In this document: positions 14,444-29,200 of the stretch, piece after piece
Position numbering within the stretch: the first letter of the stretch is position 1
Layout of the letters: every line of letters starts with the position of its first letter
Source: Rotaria socialis
Lineage: Eukaryota
DNA length: 57,827 nucleotides
Reading direction: 5' to 3'
Assembly: GCA_905331295.1 (NCBI GenBank)
Contig: CAJNYD010000066.1
Location: forward strand, 1 to 57,827
Translations under genes and position numbers: made by a program
Notes under the pieces: model-generated
Told to the model about the DNA's origin: nothing
Database searches by the model: none
What the model saw: the letters and a program-made list of their open reading frames with translations, nothing else

Positions 14444-15297
14444 GGTATGTATTGAAAACGTCGGAAGAAAAAATACCGAAAGCGAGATATCGAAAAATAA
14501 ATGTCGAACATATACAACGTCGAAAATTGTGAGATATCGTTATAAAAAATAATTGATTGTGTTTTATTGTATTTTCTATTTTTCATTAGAATTTCGTTGA
14601 TTAGCTAATAGTTTTCCTCAATAAGTAATTTTGTGAGCGAACATTCTAGAATGTAGTACAGATACGAACTACAAAAGAGCAAAGAATACAATCACAGCAT
14701 TGTTGTATGATCTTCTATATGTTTCGCTTGCTTTTAGATATTGCAGTACAGTTTTGCAGTATTATCACTTAGTTCTTTCGACTGTTTAATGCCCACTAAT
14801 ACGAGTGCTATATCTTTTCTTGATTCTAACAACGGTTATTGACAATTGATTCGGAATAGTTTTTTTTTATAAACAATAAAAAAAACATCTTCGCAGATAT
14901 ATTGGCGCTGTAAAACTAAGAATTACAAAGTCAAGGTTCATACTGATTCAAATAACAATTTTTTAACTTTAAAGGTCAGCGTACTCGTTAGGCATACACC
15001 AAATCCAAAACATTTGGTTTTGATATAATTTTGATTGTGAGATTTGGTTTTGATTTGAGGTTTTATTTTTCTTTTTGAGATATGCCGAAAAAGATTATAT
15101 TTCCAAACCAATTTTGGTTTTGGTGCATGCCTACCAATCATCTACTTGAACCAGAAGATCTTGAAGCTCAATGCTTTCGAAATATTCTCAAGGATTTCTC
15201 TTTTTCGGCGTTTTTTCCTTCGACATTTGTTCTTGGGCAATTTTTCCTTCGACATTTATTTTTCGGCATTTTTTCTTTCGACGTTATCACATCCATT
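14444..15297. mobile_element. Mutator-like non-autonomous DNA transposon (MITE) with 9-bp target duplication
   Basis: CATTCCACA flanks both sides (14435-14443 and 15298-15306). Imperfect repetitive TIRs: aacgtcggaagaaaaaataccgaaa ... tttcggcattttttctttcgacgtt. Confidence 0.7.
14989..15133. mobile_element. Short hAT-like MITE remnant nested in the Mutator-like element
   Basis: TIRs taggcatacaccaaatccaaaa and ttttggttttggtgcatgccta; internal (ttttgg/ttttga) repeats; no TSD visible. Confidence 0.55.
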
Positions 15298-15749
15298 CAT
15301 TCCACAAACATAACTTTAGTTACTTTTATTAACAGAAACAAAATGATGTTTATTTCTTGCATTTAAAAATAGGAAAAAGGGAAAAAATATTTTATTGTAT
15401 ATATAAAACAAAACAAAAACCGTGAGAAAAATACCTCTGTTCATCAAATAAGTTGATAAAAATCCTGACGCATTGCCAAGTGTGCATATACAACATTGAG
15501 AATCATCAAATTTGTTTTATAAAATGTTTGGTACGTACATTGATGAAGAATATTGAGGAAATTAAAAAAATTGGAATTGACAACATTCAAACATGTTCAA
15601 CCAAGACTTGAAAAGAAAGCCATAATTAATAAAATCGAGAAAGAAGCAAACAAAAACACACCAGCTCTGTTTATCTGACAAAGAAACCAAGAAAAAAAAT
15701 GGTATCACAAAAAATGTTAATAGAAACATTTTAAATAAGGTTTTTCTTT

Positions 15750-18700
15750 TTAATCGTTATTTTGAATAGAGCTTTTTTCTTTAATTTTGCTTAATAATTG
15801 AGTATTTTCAAGTAGTTTATCAAAATTTCTTTCACATTCATCAATTGTTTTTACATAATAATTGGAATCAGCCAATATTAAATATAAATTTGCTTGTACA
15901 GCAAATATGTTTTCAAGTTCGGGATAAAATTCGAATGGACACGAATAACATTGATGTTTTTCTCTATTCATTATACGTATATCAACAATAGAATCATGTG
16001 GATCAATGACACGAAAATTATCATCAAATAATATATGATGTGAACGAGGACTTCTATCATCGGGATCGAACCATACTGGTTTTGATTTTGTATAATGATA
16101 ATTTTTTTGAAACCATGCAGTAAAATCATCTTTTATTGCGTATATACCAAAGCCACTTTCTAGTTTTTCGTGAATCGCAAATTCATCGTTTATGATTTCG
16201 GTATCAGAAGCTTCTTGAAATTTCATTCGAAGACGTATTGGCTCGCCTTTGGGACGCTCAATACAACCAGGTTCAGGATTAACATCAAGACAATGACTAA
16301 ATTGAAATGATGGATGTTCATTTGAAAGAATACGTTCAGCATTTCGAAGAAAATTTTTACTATCATCACCCATGGTTCGTAAATAAATAACAAAATCGCG
16401 ATTTGTCTTTTGTAAATATTGAATAAGCTGAAAAAATGATGGTAATATGTAATGATAAAGTGTACCATTTGCTGAACGAAAACCATTTACAGGTACTCCA
16501 TCATTATGTAAAACTGATGAACGTCGTTTACGTGCAGGATTTCCGGGTTGTTGATGCGGCTGTGTCTTTGGTTGTGATTCTGAGGCATTTTCTGTTGGCC
16601 TTTGTGATGCTTCAATATTTAATATTGTATCTTCACGTTCTCGTTCACTACCGCCTAATCTATTGTACCGCAATGATTCAATTAATGCATCGTAATATGG
16701 CCGAAAACGTGCACCTTCATTATGTACAAAACTGCCCGTTTTTGCACGTAAATCTTTTCTATCGATAGCTTCTCGAACAATTTGATTCTCTAAATATTTA
16801 AAATAAGTTATGCATCTTGATGAATGCTCTGGTTTGTGAAGAGTTGGATATTCCGATATCCAAGACCATTCGCCAGCATCATTTTCATATCCCCAAAGAA
16901 CACCTGTTAAAAAATTGTTGACGCCTAAAACAAAACGGAAAAATACTATTTATTCAAGATCGAAAGTTATGATAAATTTAATATCGTAACATGATTTAAA
17001 CCGATAGAATTGTAATTTGAGCTAATGCGAAGCTACATAATCATGTTTCATCGTACAAGAAACGCTAATATCAAATTTTTTTGCACTGTCAGACGTAGCT
17101 TAAGAAGAAAATCGAAGTGAATGTTTCATCGAATTTTTCCTATGATTACCGATGAAAATAGAGATAGTTAGAAATTATCATAGATAGATAAATCTATCAG
17201 TTAAGAGCATCACAAGATAATAAAGAAAAACAAGACGAATATTTAGGTACTTTAAGTTTAACTGCCTTGTTACTCCTAAATCGAATTCTACGATATTCGA
17301 TGGAATCTGTTCGGTCCATGATGTATTTATTTCCTATGACATTTTCAAAACAACATTTTTCTATTTCTATTTTAATAATTTTATCATCTCAATATTCCCG
17401 ATGTAATGATGTTATTTTTATGTTTTACTGTAGTAACGGCAACAAGTTGTAATTGAAAATTGAAAGAAAGGAACGCGTTTGAATATTTTCAAGTGCGAAC
17501 GACTAGATGGACTTCTTTTATGTTTCTTCTTGTTGAAACATATATATTCTGAAGTGTTAATACATATTTTTTTTCTCTTGAAGTGTTATTTCACAGTTAA
17601 GTATGAACACCGAGGTTAAATTGCACTGCATTCAAAAATATGTTATCTTTTACGTCGATATCATAAAAAACGCAGACTATTCATGCGTTTATTTTTCATT
17701 GTTACAGCGTTATTTTTTTCTCAGCGTATCTAACTACGTCATTTTGTCTTCGAAAATAATCGTGTTTAACAAAAAAAAAACACTGAATTTCTATCGACAC
17801 ATGTTTTGAATAACTTCTATCATTAAATGTAAGCGTTTTGATTAAGTTGAATAGTTTTACATGTTCGATACTAGATATAAAAATTGTTCTCAGCTTTCTA
17901 TTGCCATAGATAAAAACAATTAGACCGATTAAACTTTGGTCAGTGAGTACTAATCTACACAGACAGTCATATATCTATTCCTTGCTACTATTCATTATCA
18001 TAGATAACATTCTTATCGGATTTTATTAAATTTGGTCTTAATTCGAATTTTGAATTAAATACAGCAGTCTAAATATGAATAATACATTTAGAGAGACGAA
18101 CAAGATAGTTTTAACAGAAACAAAACTATCTCTATTTGAGATCGGTAAATATACATGTGATGCTGCTAAATTAAGAACAAAAAACAACAAGAATATTTTC
18201 CAAAATACTTCCTTACCTGAATCTCTTTGCAGTCTGACTTATTTTGTAAATGTGGCATATTAATTCATTCATCTGTAAGTTGATGAACTTTTACTGAGAC
18301 AAAAAAAAGGGTATATCTCGAAAAGAATTTCAATATACAGTAGAGTTTTCTGTTAGTCTATAGCAACTATTCCAACAATCACGCGTTTGTTGTTGACAAA
18401 CGACTATCGGTTGCTCATGTTCATAAACTAAATGTTGAAAATACCTTTTGTGAAATTTATTTGTGCACTTTGAATAATTCATTATAATAGTTAATCGATT
18501 ATTATCAACAAATTATTTATTCATTTGTTGTATAAAAGAAAAGGACTGACATTGCTCTATTTTCGATTATTTTCTCACACGTTTCTTAGTCTCAAGACTA
18601 AATTACTTATTCATGTCTTCCTATTCTATCCAGCCTAAGCTTTTCTCGCAATGAACCATCAAAACATTAAAGAAAAACTTCAATACTCTATTTACTGGAA

Positions 18701-19115
18701 AAATCACTACAATCGATTTCTGCTTATTGCTATTAAATATTTCTGAATGTTCAATCTCGTTAATAGCGCACGATAGAAAATGCCAATAAGCATGATACAA
18801 AAAAAGTAAAAATCTTATGGCAAACCTTGTTCAATAGTTGTAGCAGAAACACTATTTGCAACCTTGAAAATATTTAAAAAATCACAAATATTATATAAAA
18901 ATCAATAGAAATAAATTCACTTGTAACGTATTTCGATTATCAAAATGTAAAATCAGTTTTCGTCGTTTAGATGATGTGTTGTTGTTGGCAACTGTCGTAT
19001 ATTCACATCCGTTCGATAATTGTTGTTGTGTGATCGATAGTTCATGAAGATTTTCATGTTGCTCTAGTGACGCATTCGTCGATAATGTATCGTCATTATT
19101 TTTATCATCATTCAT
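15750..19115 (-). CDS. Uncharacterised HAD-like hydrolase-fold protein, 3 exons
   Basis: Exons 19115-18921, 18862-18826 and 16924-15750 splice in frame. Motifs KLILHFDNRNTL (HAD motif I-like), VIYLRTMG (motif II-like) and HHILFDDN (motif IV-like). Confidence 0.75.
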
Positions 19116-21440
19116 ATCTATTCGTATTAATCTTAATGTAAATAAATAGTTCTACTATTACGATCACGATGCAGTTAGTTGGAAGAATTCACGCGTCTAC
19201 GAAAAATGTTCAAAGAAGCGAAATCTTATAAGCAAGAAAAATGTTGCAATAATTGTTTTTGTTGAGTAATAGCTTTCTTTTTCTTTTTATTTACTATATA
19301 GAGAAAATCTACGAGTTCGCACACATCATCATGACCGGCAATGACAAAGAAATATGAAAGCAAAAAAACAGAAAAGAAAAAAGAAAAAAACAGTCGAGTA
19401 CACAACAAAATATTTTTCTATTTTTCAGAGAAATATAAAATTTGCCTAAAAGCAACCAGCTAATACTCACTCGTCACTACGACTGGTTCAGTGTCTTCGT
19501 AGCAGCACAGCAATTTTTCTTTTTCTTCATTTTTTATTCTCTTCGTCTAAATTTCTTTTTCCACTTATATGCACATCTAAACAATAATCCTCATCAGTGT
19601 ACGTTCTTCCGTATTTTTTTCTCTTTTCTTGTCAACGATGTCGAACGAAGAAACTAAAGAACGATACATAGGCATATTTTTTGTGCTCAAATGTATGATG
19701 TACATGTGCACATACTACTATGAGACAGACAGACAGACATAGAGAGTGAAGTAAAGAAGGATCGAGAAAAAGCGAGTGAGTAGGTGGAAAAAAATGATTT
19801 TTATAATGGATAAATAAGTAATAACTAACGAACATGTTCCGCCTGAGAATGTACTTTTTTATAAGAACTTTATTTGTAAACACTATGAGCACTCATTTAC
19901 GTTATAGACATCAACATATGCTCTAGGTGGCTCATTGAATATGAGAAATACAACAGGTGATGAAGCGAATTGATAGTTAAATCGTTCGTAATATTATTTT
20001 CCATGTTTGCCATTGGTTTCATGATCGTCACATAGGATGCAGTACATAAATTGATCATGTTATTGATAGGACCCGTTTCGAGACTATTTCATGTTTGTTA
20101 ACGCCTAACTGAAATTAAGTGTAAATATAAGATATTATCAATCGATTATTTTCAATTCTTTTATTAACCTTTGGACGCGAGAAAATTTACAGGTGTCAAA
20201 ACTAGGGGAGAAAAAGAATAAACGTACCTTTTTGCTGACCTTATGTTTTTTAATGCCATCCATATGATTGTAGATAATGAAAACAAAAATGACTAGAATA
20301 TCGCTATTGATGTCAGACTATTTTACTTATTCTACTTTTGTGACAAATAATATATCAGAAATTATTTTTAGAAAAAAATGAGAAGCAGAATGCCAGAGGG
20401 TTCCTCGTATATTTTTCAGAATAAAATCGGCAGCGTAAACTTGCATGCGTAATTACCAATTTTAGAAAAACAAAATTTTTGCTGGAGGAGACGCTCACGA
20501 CGTTGTACAATGATGGTAGTTCGAAATAGTGAGATGTACAATTTTAATGACGCATTTAGAAAAAAGACTGACACAGATAATCTTCATATATGAATATTTC
20601 AAATACTAAAAATCAATTGGTTTCCACGAATTGCAGACGAGAGGGGAACTTTATCTTCTATTTCAATTAAAAAATTTCTTTTATCACATAGATTCTTCAT
20701 TTGGGCTGAATATGAATAACTAAAACTATGTGAAAAACTTGAATTAGATATTTTCCTTTCTGCGAAGAGTCTACGTCTTCAACGATGCTTCCATACGTAT
20801 TTATGAAAATAGAAACAGTCATTTTGACAACCGGAAGAGTGTCAGTACTGAAGATAGACGTACTCAATATAATAAAAATTGATATTTGATTTCTTTTTGT
20901 TTTTTATACGATCTATGGAAAATTGATATGAACCACAGTCGAAATCGAGCAACTATATTTTGAAAACATTTAGATCAAGACGCTTTAATTCGTGTGTTTA
21001 TTTTATTTTAATAAATCAAAACGAAAGATTTGATTTGATTTGATTTGACTTGGTGAATACTTTATATTTAATACCCTTTCTAGAATCTTCACACTATGAT
21101 TGTGTAAACAAAATCACGATATAAGACTAAACCACTGATAAATATCGATTTTTTAATAACACAATTTATTCCTATCAGAAATCAATTTGCATCTCTACTC
21201 GCAAGATTTATCAAATTTCCGTATGTTTGATATCTTGAAGACGAGCTTTTAAGATTGACAAGCTGTATCTAGTTTGTTGTCTCATCGTGTTAGTTGCACA
21301 ATTATATTGTTCAACATTGAATTATAAGATAATATTTACTACTGATGCGTCATAAACGTTTTTTTTTGTTAGGTTTTTTTTCTTAATGAGAAGAAACATA
21401 AATCTAAGGAGATCGAGACAAAATGAGTAAATAGAAATTA

Positions 21441-23260
21441 TTATTTTGTGGAGCTTGAATCCTTAACAATATCCATTTGATAGCTTGGTTGAATAGCTCG
21501 AGCAAAACTTTCAGCATATAAATCGAGACGCTGTGTCATTCGAAAGCCCCATTTATCTTTCATTTGACGACATAAATTCAAGTCACATTCGGTAACCAAA
21601 AGTCCATCACGAATACGAGATAAACCCTAAGAAAAGAAAAAAACAAGAATTGAAAATCACACCCTCAAGATTCTATTTTTATTTTCCAAGAAGAGAACTC
21701 ACAGGTGTTCGACTACCATCAGGCGATGCTACATAACTACTTCCTACAACAAACGAAATAATATTTTCTTGCTCCCGACATCGAAGTCTCACCATAGAAA
21801 TGTCCAAAACTCGTATGAGCTGGTTTGCCATCACCACTTGTAAATTCATTCGGAAATGTTTCAGTTCCAACACGATTAATACCTACTGTAAAGTAACTGT
21901 TCGCAATAGCTGCGTTACGAGCTTCGATACTCCACAAAGGTTCGCTAAAATATTTACAAAAAAAAGTAAAAATTTTAGTCTTTCTAACTAAGTCTATTCT
22001 TACCTAAGTGCTCCAACAGTAGCGCTTGGATTAAAAACAACTAAAGCAAACGTTTTACTTTCGAATATTTGAAATTCAAACTTACTTTCTGCACCATTGA
22101 CTCCATACATAAGCCAATTTTGTGGATGATGACGTCCATAGCAAATATTTACCGCAATACGACCTTGATAAAAGTAAATAGACATTCGTCATCAAAAATA
22201 CGATGAAAAAACCCAAAATTACCGAAATCTGTTTCGAACACTTTATGACCAGTGTTACCTTCCATATAATAAGTTGACTAAATTAAAAATTCAAACTACG
22301 CATATATGCATTGATCGATTCATTCAACAGAAATTACTTCATTAAAATCACCAACTAGAACAAAAACAAAAGAAATAATGTTGAATTACATTTTCAAAAT
22401 TAGAACGATAAATTTTTACCTCTAGGAATGTGATTTTTACGTGTTATACCAATAACATTTCCATGATTCGAAATAATCACTGCTGTATTCCATAAAACAT
22501 CACCATGTGCTTCGTCACGTTCTAATATTGGACTAATAATAACCATATTATATTTTTTTGCTCTCTAAATTTTTACAAAGTTCAAATAAAAATTTCAATA
22601 AGAAATTCAAACTTCGGCAAGAAATTTTGTTGATGGTCCATCATAGGCAGATTCAGTGAATTCAACCCATGGATATTTTTCTCGTGTGCAAAAAGCAAAT
22701 GGCATAGCTACAAACAAAAACGATCGAATCATTGTTATTAAGGATGAAAATTATAGTCCAGAATCACAAACTCCATGCTTCTTGTAAACCAACAACATTT
22801 ACTTGGCATTCATGCGCAACAGCAAGCATTTGATCAATACGTTGATGGATAGCATCTCTCTATAAAAAAAATATTTATCTAATGTTTTCAAGAAGAATTT
22901 TTCATTGTAATACTTGTTCTTTGACAGTAGCTGTAGTTGGTTTTTGAATCATATTTTGAATAGCACCAATACGAACTAAACGTGATGGTCGTGTTTGTTC
23001 AGTCAGTGCTACTTTTATTTGATAACCTTGAAGATCAAAATTAAGTTGTTTAGCTGTTTCTTTTGCATTCGCAGGTAGTTCAACTTCACTTCATTTACAC
23101 AAGAAAACAAATAATTTTTAACTATGAATCAAATGATTTACACTTACATTGAACCTGACCCACGAAGAGATAAATTTACTTTTTGAAGTACATCTGCTGG
23201 TAGATGTTGAGCTAAAATTGATTCTAAACTTTCAAATTTATCATCTAAACTAACTGCCAT
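21441..23260 (-). CDS. UPB1: Beta-ureidopropionase (beta-alanine synthase, nitrilase family)
   Basis: Motifs [87 protein letters not shown] and [13 protein letters not shown]. Many short introns, including a 17-nt exon near 22338-22354. Confidence 0.96.
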
Positions 23261-24380
23261 GTTATCTGAAATGAGGATATATATATATATATATATATAA
23301 AGTTCGTCTCATTTGCTACTAGTGTGCATACAACAATCGAATGACGACAAGATACTGTAGGCCCCATCGGTATGATAAGAATCAATATTTTAAAAACGAA
23401 TGCATTGTTTCAAACAATTAGAGAATGTCATCTATATTTATTTTTTTCTCTCCCCAAAAGTGCGCCTATTGGATAAGAAGAAACATCGACCCCTTGGTGA
23501 ATGTTAAGCTTTGTAATCTAATACGTTAGTAAGAATCCCAATAGTTACTCGTTTCAATTGTTTTATCAATTTTTATAAATGATCATTAAGTTTAAATAAA
23601 TATCGTAGTTGATAAAAAGAATCTGCTTTTTTCCCTCTATTTATTTTGAATGGAATTGTGCGCAATTATTAAAGGTAGGAGATCAAGGCGTTACGTATTA
23701 CACACTTATAGAAGTTACCATCACCAATAACAAACGATAGAATACTACCTCGTGTGCCAAATATCATTTCTAAATTAATATTTAGTTCTTACTTTAGCAT
23801 AAACTCGAAATGTTTTATTATTATTATTTTCTTAGTTAATCTTATATTCGGTAAAACGCCGAAAAATAATATAGCTCATACGTTCGTATTTCTTGAGACT
23901 GCAGTCAAATGCTTTTAAATGTTATTCTCTATTTTCAAAAACTTCTACCATAAAATTCTGATAGTGAAGTATGTAATTTCTAGTTAAGCATCAATTTCAT
24001 AGGCGAGCAAAACAAAATAATGTTAGTGTATACATAGAAAAAAATAATTATTTTGTGCTCGATCACTATGCCTACATGCACCATATGTGAGTAAATACAG
24101 CTGTTAAAATTCGATTTTATTAGCGAAATAAAAATAGAAGTGAACTTGAAATAAACGTACATCTATGATGTCATCAGTACAAAAGTGATAGTGGAAGATG
24201 ATGATTGCCTGTTTTTTTTTATATCAAAGATAACAAGCTACACACAACCGAAAAATCTTTAGTAAATAATTGAAAAGACATGCGAACCTAGAGTAACTGA
24301 GATATGCCCGAAGGTGATTTTTTCATGTTATTTTTTTGTAACTAATAAAACGAAAAATAAACACGAAGCAACTTTTCAAT

Positions 24381-24955
24381 TTAAATCATTTCGAATAATT
24401 TGCCTTTTTTCCATTGAACTAAATTTTTTGTTTTCGCTGCGCCACTTGTGATTGTTGCTGGAAATAATAAACAAACATAATCTTGTTTTTGATCATCAGC
24501 TTTAATTTCGAGTTTAACATATAATGAAATCGATGGGTATGTGGTTAAAACAGGTAGTGAGAATGATGCTAGATTAATATCACCTTGACCGATGGGACAT
24601 TTAACACCCAAATTACAAGCATTTGAATCAGGTAATGGAAATGGAACTGGAACTCCGGCAATCACACCTTACAAGCACAGTGACAAAAAGAAATTAAAAT
24701 AAAAGAATAATAGATTTATAGCTTTTTTTTACCGTGAAGGGTAACAGTAGCTGTTTTTGATGGAGCTTTGGCTGTGAATGTTAAATTCATTGCGTATGTT
24801 TTGCCTTTGATAAATTTGCAAGGAGCTGTTGGACAATCAGTCACTTCAAATTCTTGAATTGTAGCTAATTCTGATCCGCAATCTTTGAATGGTGTTCCTG
24901 CCCATATTGAATTTATTGAACATGACAGTGCAACGAGAACAAATAATTTCAACAT
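24381..24955 (-). CDS. NPC2: NPC2 / ML-domain lipid-binding protein, 2 coding exons
   Basis: Signal peptide MLKLFVLVALSCSINSIWAG; motifs FKDCGS, CPTAPCKFIKG, GVPVPFPLPDSNAC, VKCPI, LPVLTTYPSISL and YVC. Intron 24668-24732. Confidence 0.9.
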
Positions 24956-26279
24956 AGTTTTTCGTCTGAAAAGAAAATATTCGAACGAATTGAAAATGAG
25001 TATCAAGAAAAACGTTTGCTGAAGCTTTTATTCAAAAGATAAAAGTAGCGCGATGATCGAACCACCAATGTATGCTCAGGTGCTTTTTTTATCTCATCTT
25101 TTCGCCTTCACATAAATAGTACCCACGGTTGCTATGAATTTTTGTTGTTTTATTTTCTTTTATTTCACACACGATTTCATATTCTGATGACAGACGACAA
25201 AAACAAAACAAAAAAAGAAGAGAAAACTAGACAAATAAACACATAAATACATGCGATGGTACAAGACATACGCTCGCTATGTTGTATAAATAGTAAACAA
25301 GCGAAAATATAACACAGAAAAAAGCGTTTGAGTATTTAATAATAAATAGATTTCACAATAAAACAATTGACATCAAGATTGAGCGAGTAAAGCTTTAGTT
25401 CCGTTTTCATTCAACAATAACAGATCATTTTAGCTCGAATATAGATTTCTGGACCACATCTTATTATCACAGTTACCTCTACTCGCAAGCAACAAAAACA
25501 AAATTTATGTTAACCTTTGAACCGTTCGTTTTCTTTTTGTTCTTAATAGAAAGAAAAAACGAAAAAAACGAGAAAATACAAGCGCAGCACATCTGACAAC
25601 CGATGATAAGAATTGGTGAAAGAAATCGGCGACATATTGAATCGCGTGGCTAAGTATAAACTCGGGTTTGAATGAGAAATGAAAAGCAAGCATTATATAA
25701 TGTATAAACCTAGCAAACGAATACGACTACGTTGATATAGACGAAGAAGAAAACAAAAGTGAATCAGATCGGTAGAATAGAGAATATAAGCAAAATGAAA
25801 CTATTGAGCATCGAGTAACATAAAGTGAATCAGTAGGAAAATATAAAAACAAAAGACAAAAAAAAACAAATGAACGCAATAGAGAAGAAAATGCAAAGCA
25901 CACAAAAATGTACAATATAATAATGAATTTTTTTATGTGCAACTACGCATGTAACTCACTGTTCGAAGAAAAGAAATTAAAAAAGAACCGAAGAATGAAA
26001 AAGGGCACCGGGCCACAATATACAAACAAATTAGTACACTCAGTTTTAGACAGCTGTCACTTGTTCATGTTCGTCGAAATCGACTGCTGTTCCCTCTAAA
26101 ACAAAAGAAAAAAAGACGGCAAATTATTTTAATAAAAATAAACAAACAAATGCATGTCTTAAGGGTAAAACGGGTGATTTTTTTGTGACAAAATTCATAG
26201 AAAAAAAAACCAGAAGTTAATAGAATTAACTTCGCAAACATTTCGGTGTCCGTTTTGTTTTTACACAAAAAACCAATGC

Positions 26280-29200
26280 TTACATAGAATCTGATCGACG
26301 AAAAGTGCCTTTAAATTGATAAAATATACACTGTCTGCATCTCAATAGCTAATAGTTACCTCGATCAGCTACATCAGTTGTAGTCACTTCGTTTTCAGAT
26401 TGAGAACGTTGTAGCCAATTACGCATCAATTTTGGCATTTGTGCACCATCATGACGAGCTATTAAATCCGAAAACAAAATCAATCATTATTTGCATATTT
26501 ATACAAAATGTTTTGTTACAAGATGTGACAGAATTAGATTGAGGTATTGGAGGTCTATTTCGAATTTTAACGGATGAAAAGCCATCACCAATCGTACTAG
26601 ATGATTTTTCACTTCCATCGCCAACACCTAAAGTATGAATGAAAATTAAAATCAAGATAAACTTCGAGAAGATTTTCTGTTAACATACAAGTATCAGTGG
26701 AGTTAAGACTACCGCGTCCAGAATCACCACCAATTTCTTTAGTTAATTCATTATTATTCTGATTGATGTCTGCAAATGAAAAAAAATTGTTTAATTTCTC
26801 TTTTTTTCTGTACTCAAAAAGTGAGTGCGCTAGATTCGGCCAGTGTGTCTGGCCGTTAACGCGATAACTCTTGAAAGCCTCATCCAATTGTCTTGAAATT
26901 TTGTACACAGAAGGATCTCATCAATATCTCTGTCGAGTTCGAAAAAGAGAAGGATCCGTCAAGAAATCGACTCAGTTTTTGCAGTACGCATAACAATCGA
27001 ATGCGAATCCGATGTTTCCTCGTTTATTCTTGTCTGTGTTTAATAACTTACGAGTATGAGATCTTATAAGTTGTGAATAGGATGTTGATGTTGGTGGTTT
27101 GAAATTTAAACTTGAACTTTCACTTGTTAACTTATTTGTGTCACGCATTTTAGCTAGATGTTGATGACGATGAGGAAGACTTGGCTCAGCAAATGATGAA
27201 AGTCCCGTTGATGTTGTTATATTATTGATTATTGGCGATGTTGGATTGGCTGTTGAAGTACTAGACGTATTAGACGATGCTGGTGGTTGATTAGGTCGTT
27301 GTGGCGCACGAGCTTTAATTTGATGGCTACTGTCTGATAGACGAAGTAGTTTATTCACAGCGTCCGGTGATTGTGTACCTGAAAATATCCGAAGAAAGAA
27401 AATAGTTAGTATCAGTTTTGGTTTTTTCTGTAAAAACATGTAAACATAGTAACAGGTAACCAACAACGTGCGGGAACAGATGTGCTTCAAGTGGAAAAGG
27501 GCAAGTAGTAACAGTAAGAAATTACTTCCGAATCAAGATTCAAATGAGTTTCGAACATCAGAAAAGAATTTAAGGTTGAAGTTAATTGCAGAAAAGACAG
27601 TGCACTTTTATGATCATTTTTAAGTGAATATTGTAGAACTATCTTTTGAATATCTATGTGAAACTTAACATAGAACTATCACGAGAGTGCACTATCTCAG
27701 TAACAATTCACTGTGAGCATGAAGTCTATTTAAAACATTCATAAGTTACTTGGACTTATGTAATGTACACAACCTCGACTCAAAAAGCATTAATCATTTG
27801 CAAGACCTCTCCCGAGTCATAAACCCACAACCTTCGTGACACTCCTGTGCAAAGACGAATATAACTGACAAAAAGCATGTACACAAATATCCCAGATTAT
27901 ATTGTTTTTACCTGAGAAACTTCCTAAACGAAAGAAAGCAAAATAAGAAATGTTCCTTTTTTCGAAGACATTGAAAAATCTTCTAATAAAAAAGGCAGTA
28001 GTAAAACTCTACATACCGAATTTCGTCAGTTGTATAGGAGCAGCACGACGATCACATGATGAATTAGATGATAAACTTGATGTTGATGGTGAAGGACGGC
28101 GTTTAAGTGTGCTCACTAAATTAGGAAGAAACAAAAAAAACGCGAATTAGCAGCCATTCAGTTTTGAGATAAATTTATATGATTAAAATAAATAATGAGC
28201 AAGCAGCAAACTGGTTGACGCTTAGTGAATAAGAACGTTAGAGGCTCTTATTTTATGTATTTTCAGCTCAAATACCATGGTAAAGAGCAGTTTTGAATGC
28301 TCTGAGTGTTGATGGCGATGAATGCGGACGTAATATAAGATGTCTATTACGATTATTATGTTTGCCTTCAATTTTCGTAATTGCAGGATGTTTGTCATTA
28401 TCAACATCATGGTGTTCTTCTTTTACTCTTGAAATTTTTGGTGTATTCCCAATGCAAAATTCACTTTCATCAACGACCGCTGAGACTTTAGAAAGTGATA
28501 TCGATGGGGATGCAGGTATGCCTCCTAATGCAACTAAAGGAAACAATCGTGCATATATTTTCAATGTTTGAAACATTTAAAACATATATATATATATATA
28601 TATCAAAATTAAATTAAAAAAACCATCATGCGCATACATTTGGTGCTATCATAAGAACATGCTGTTCAATTTTTCGTCAATATATATTTATATTCTCACC
28701 AAATTCAGTTATTTTTTGATTTGTATGCTCAAAAAAATGAAAAGCTAGAAAAAGAAATCTCATTTTTATATTTTGAAATAATCGTTCTGATTATTATTCA
28801 TTATGTTTTGTTTTTGTTCAACTTTCACAATAAAAACTTCAGTCCGTACCTGGTTCAAATTGATTGGCGAACTCTAGTAGACGATTTTCGTCGTCGATTA
28901 TTTCAGCATTATTTAAATAAGTTTTGACTTTCTTAACCATTAATGACTAAAAATAGAAATTTAGATTTACAATCTATTTCAAAACTGAATTTATTTTTAC
29001 TTCATCATAAATTCGTTTAGCATTTGAAATAACAGAAGATACTCGATTATATGTTTGATGTCTTCGTATTGTGCCAAACGAATCCGTTGATGATTGATGC
29101 CCGAAACCAGCAAATATTTGTGAATGAGATGTTGGTGAATCGAACATATTTGAAATATCCTTAATAGGGAAAAAAAATTATTTATTAAAGTTTCTTTGCT

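Noticed and set aside
26609..26908. 99-aa ORF as an independent gene
   Set aside because: It is a read-through of an intronic repeat into a RAPGEF exon.
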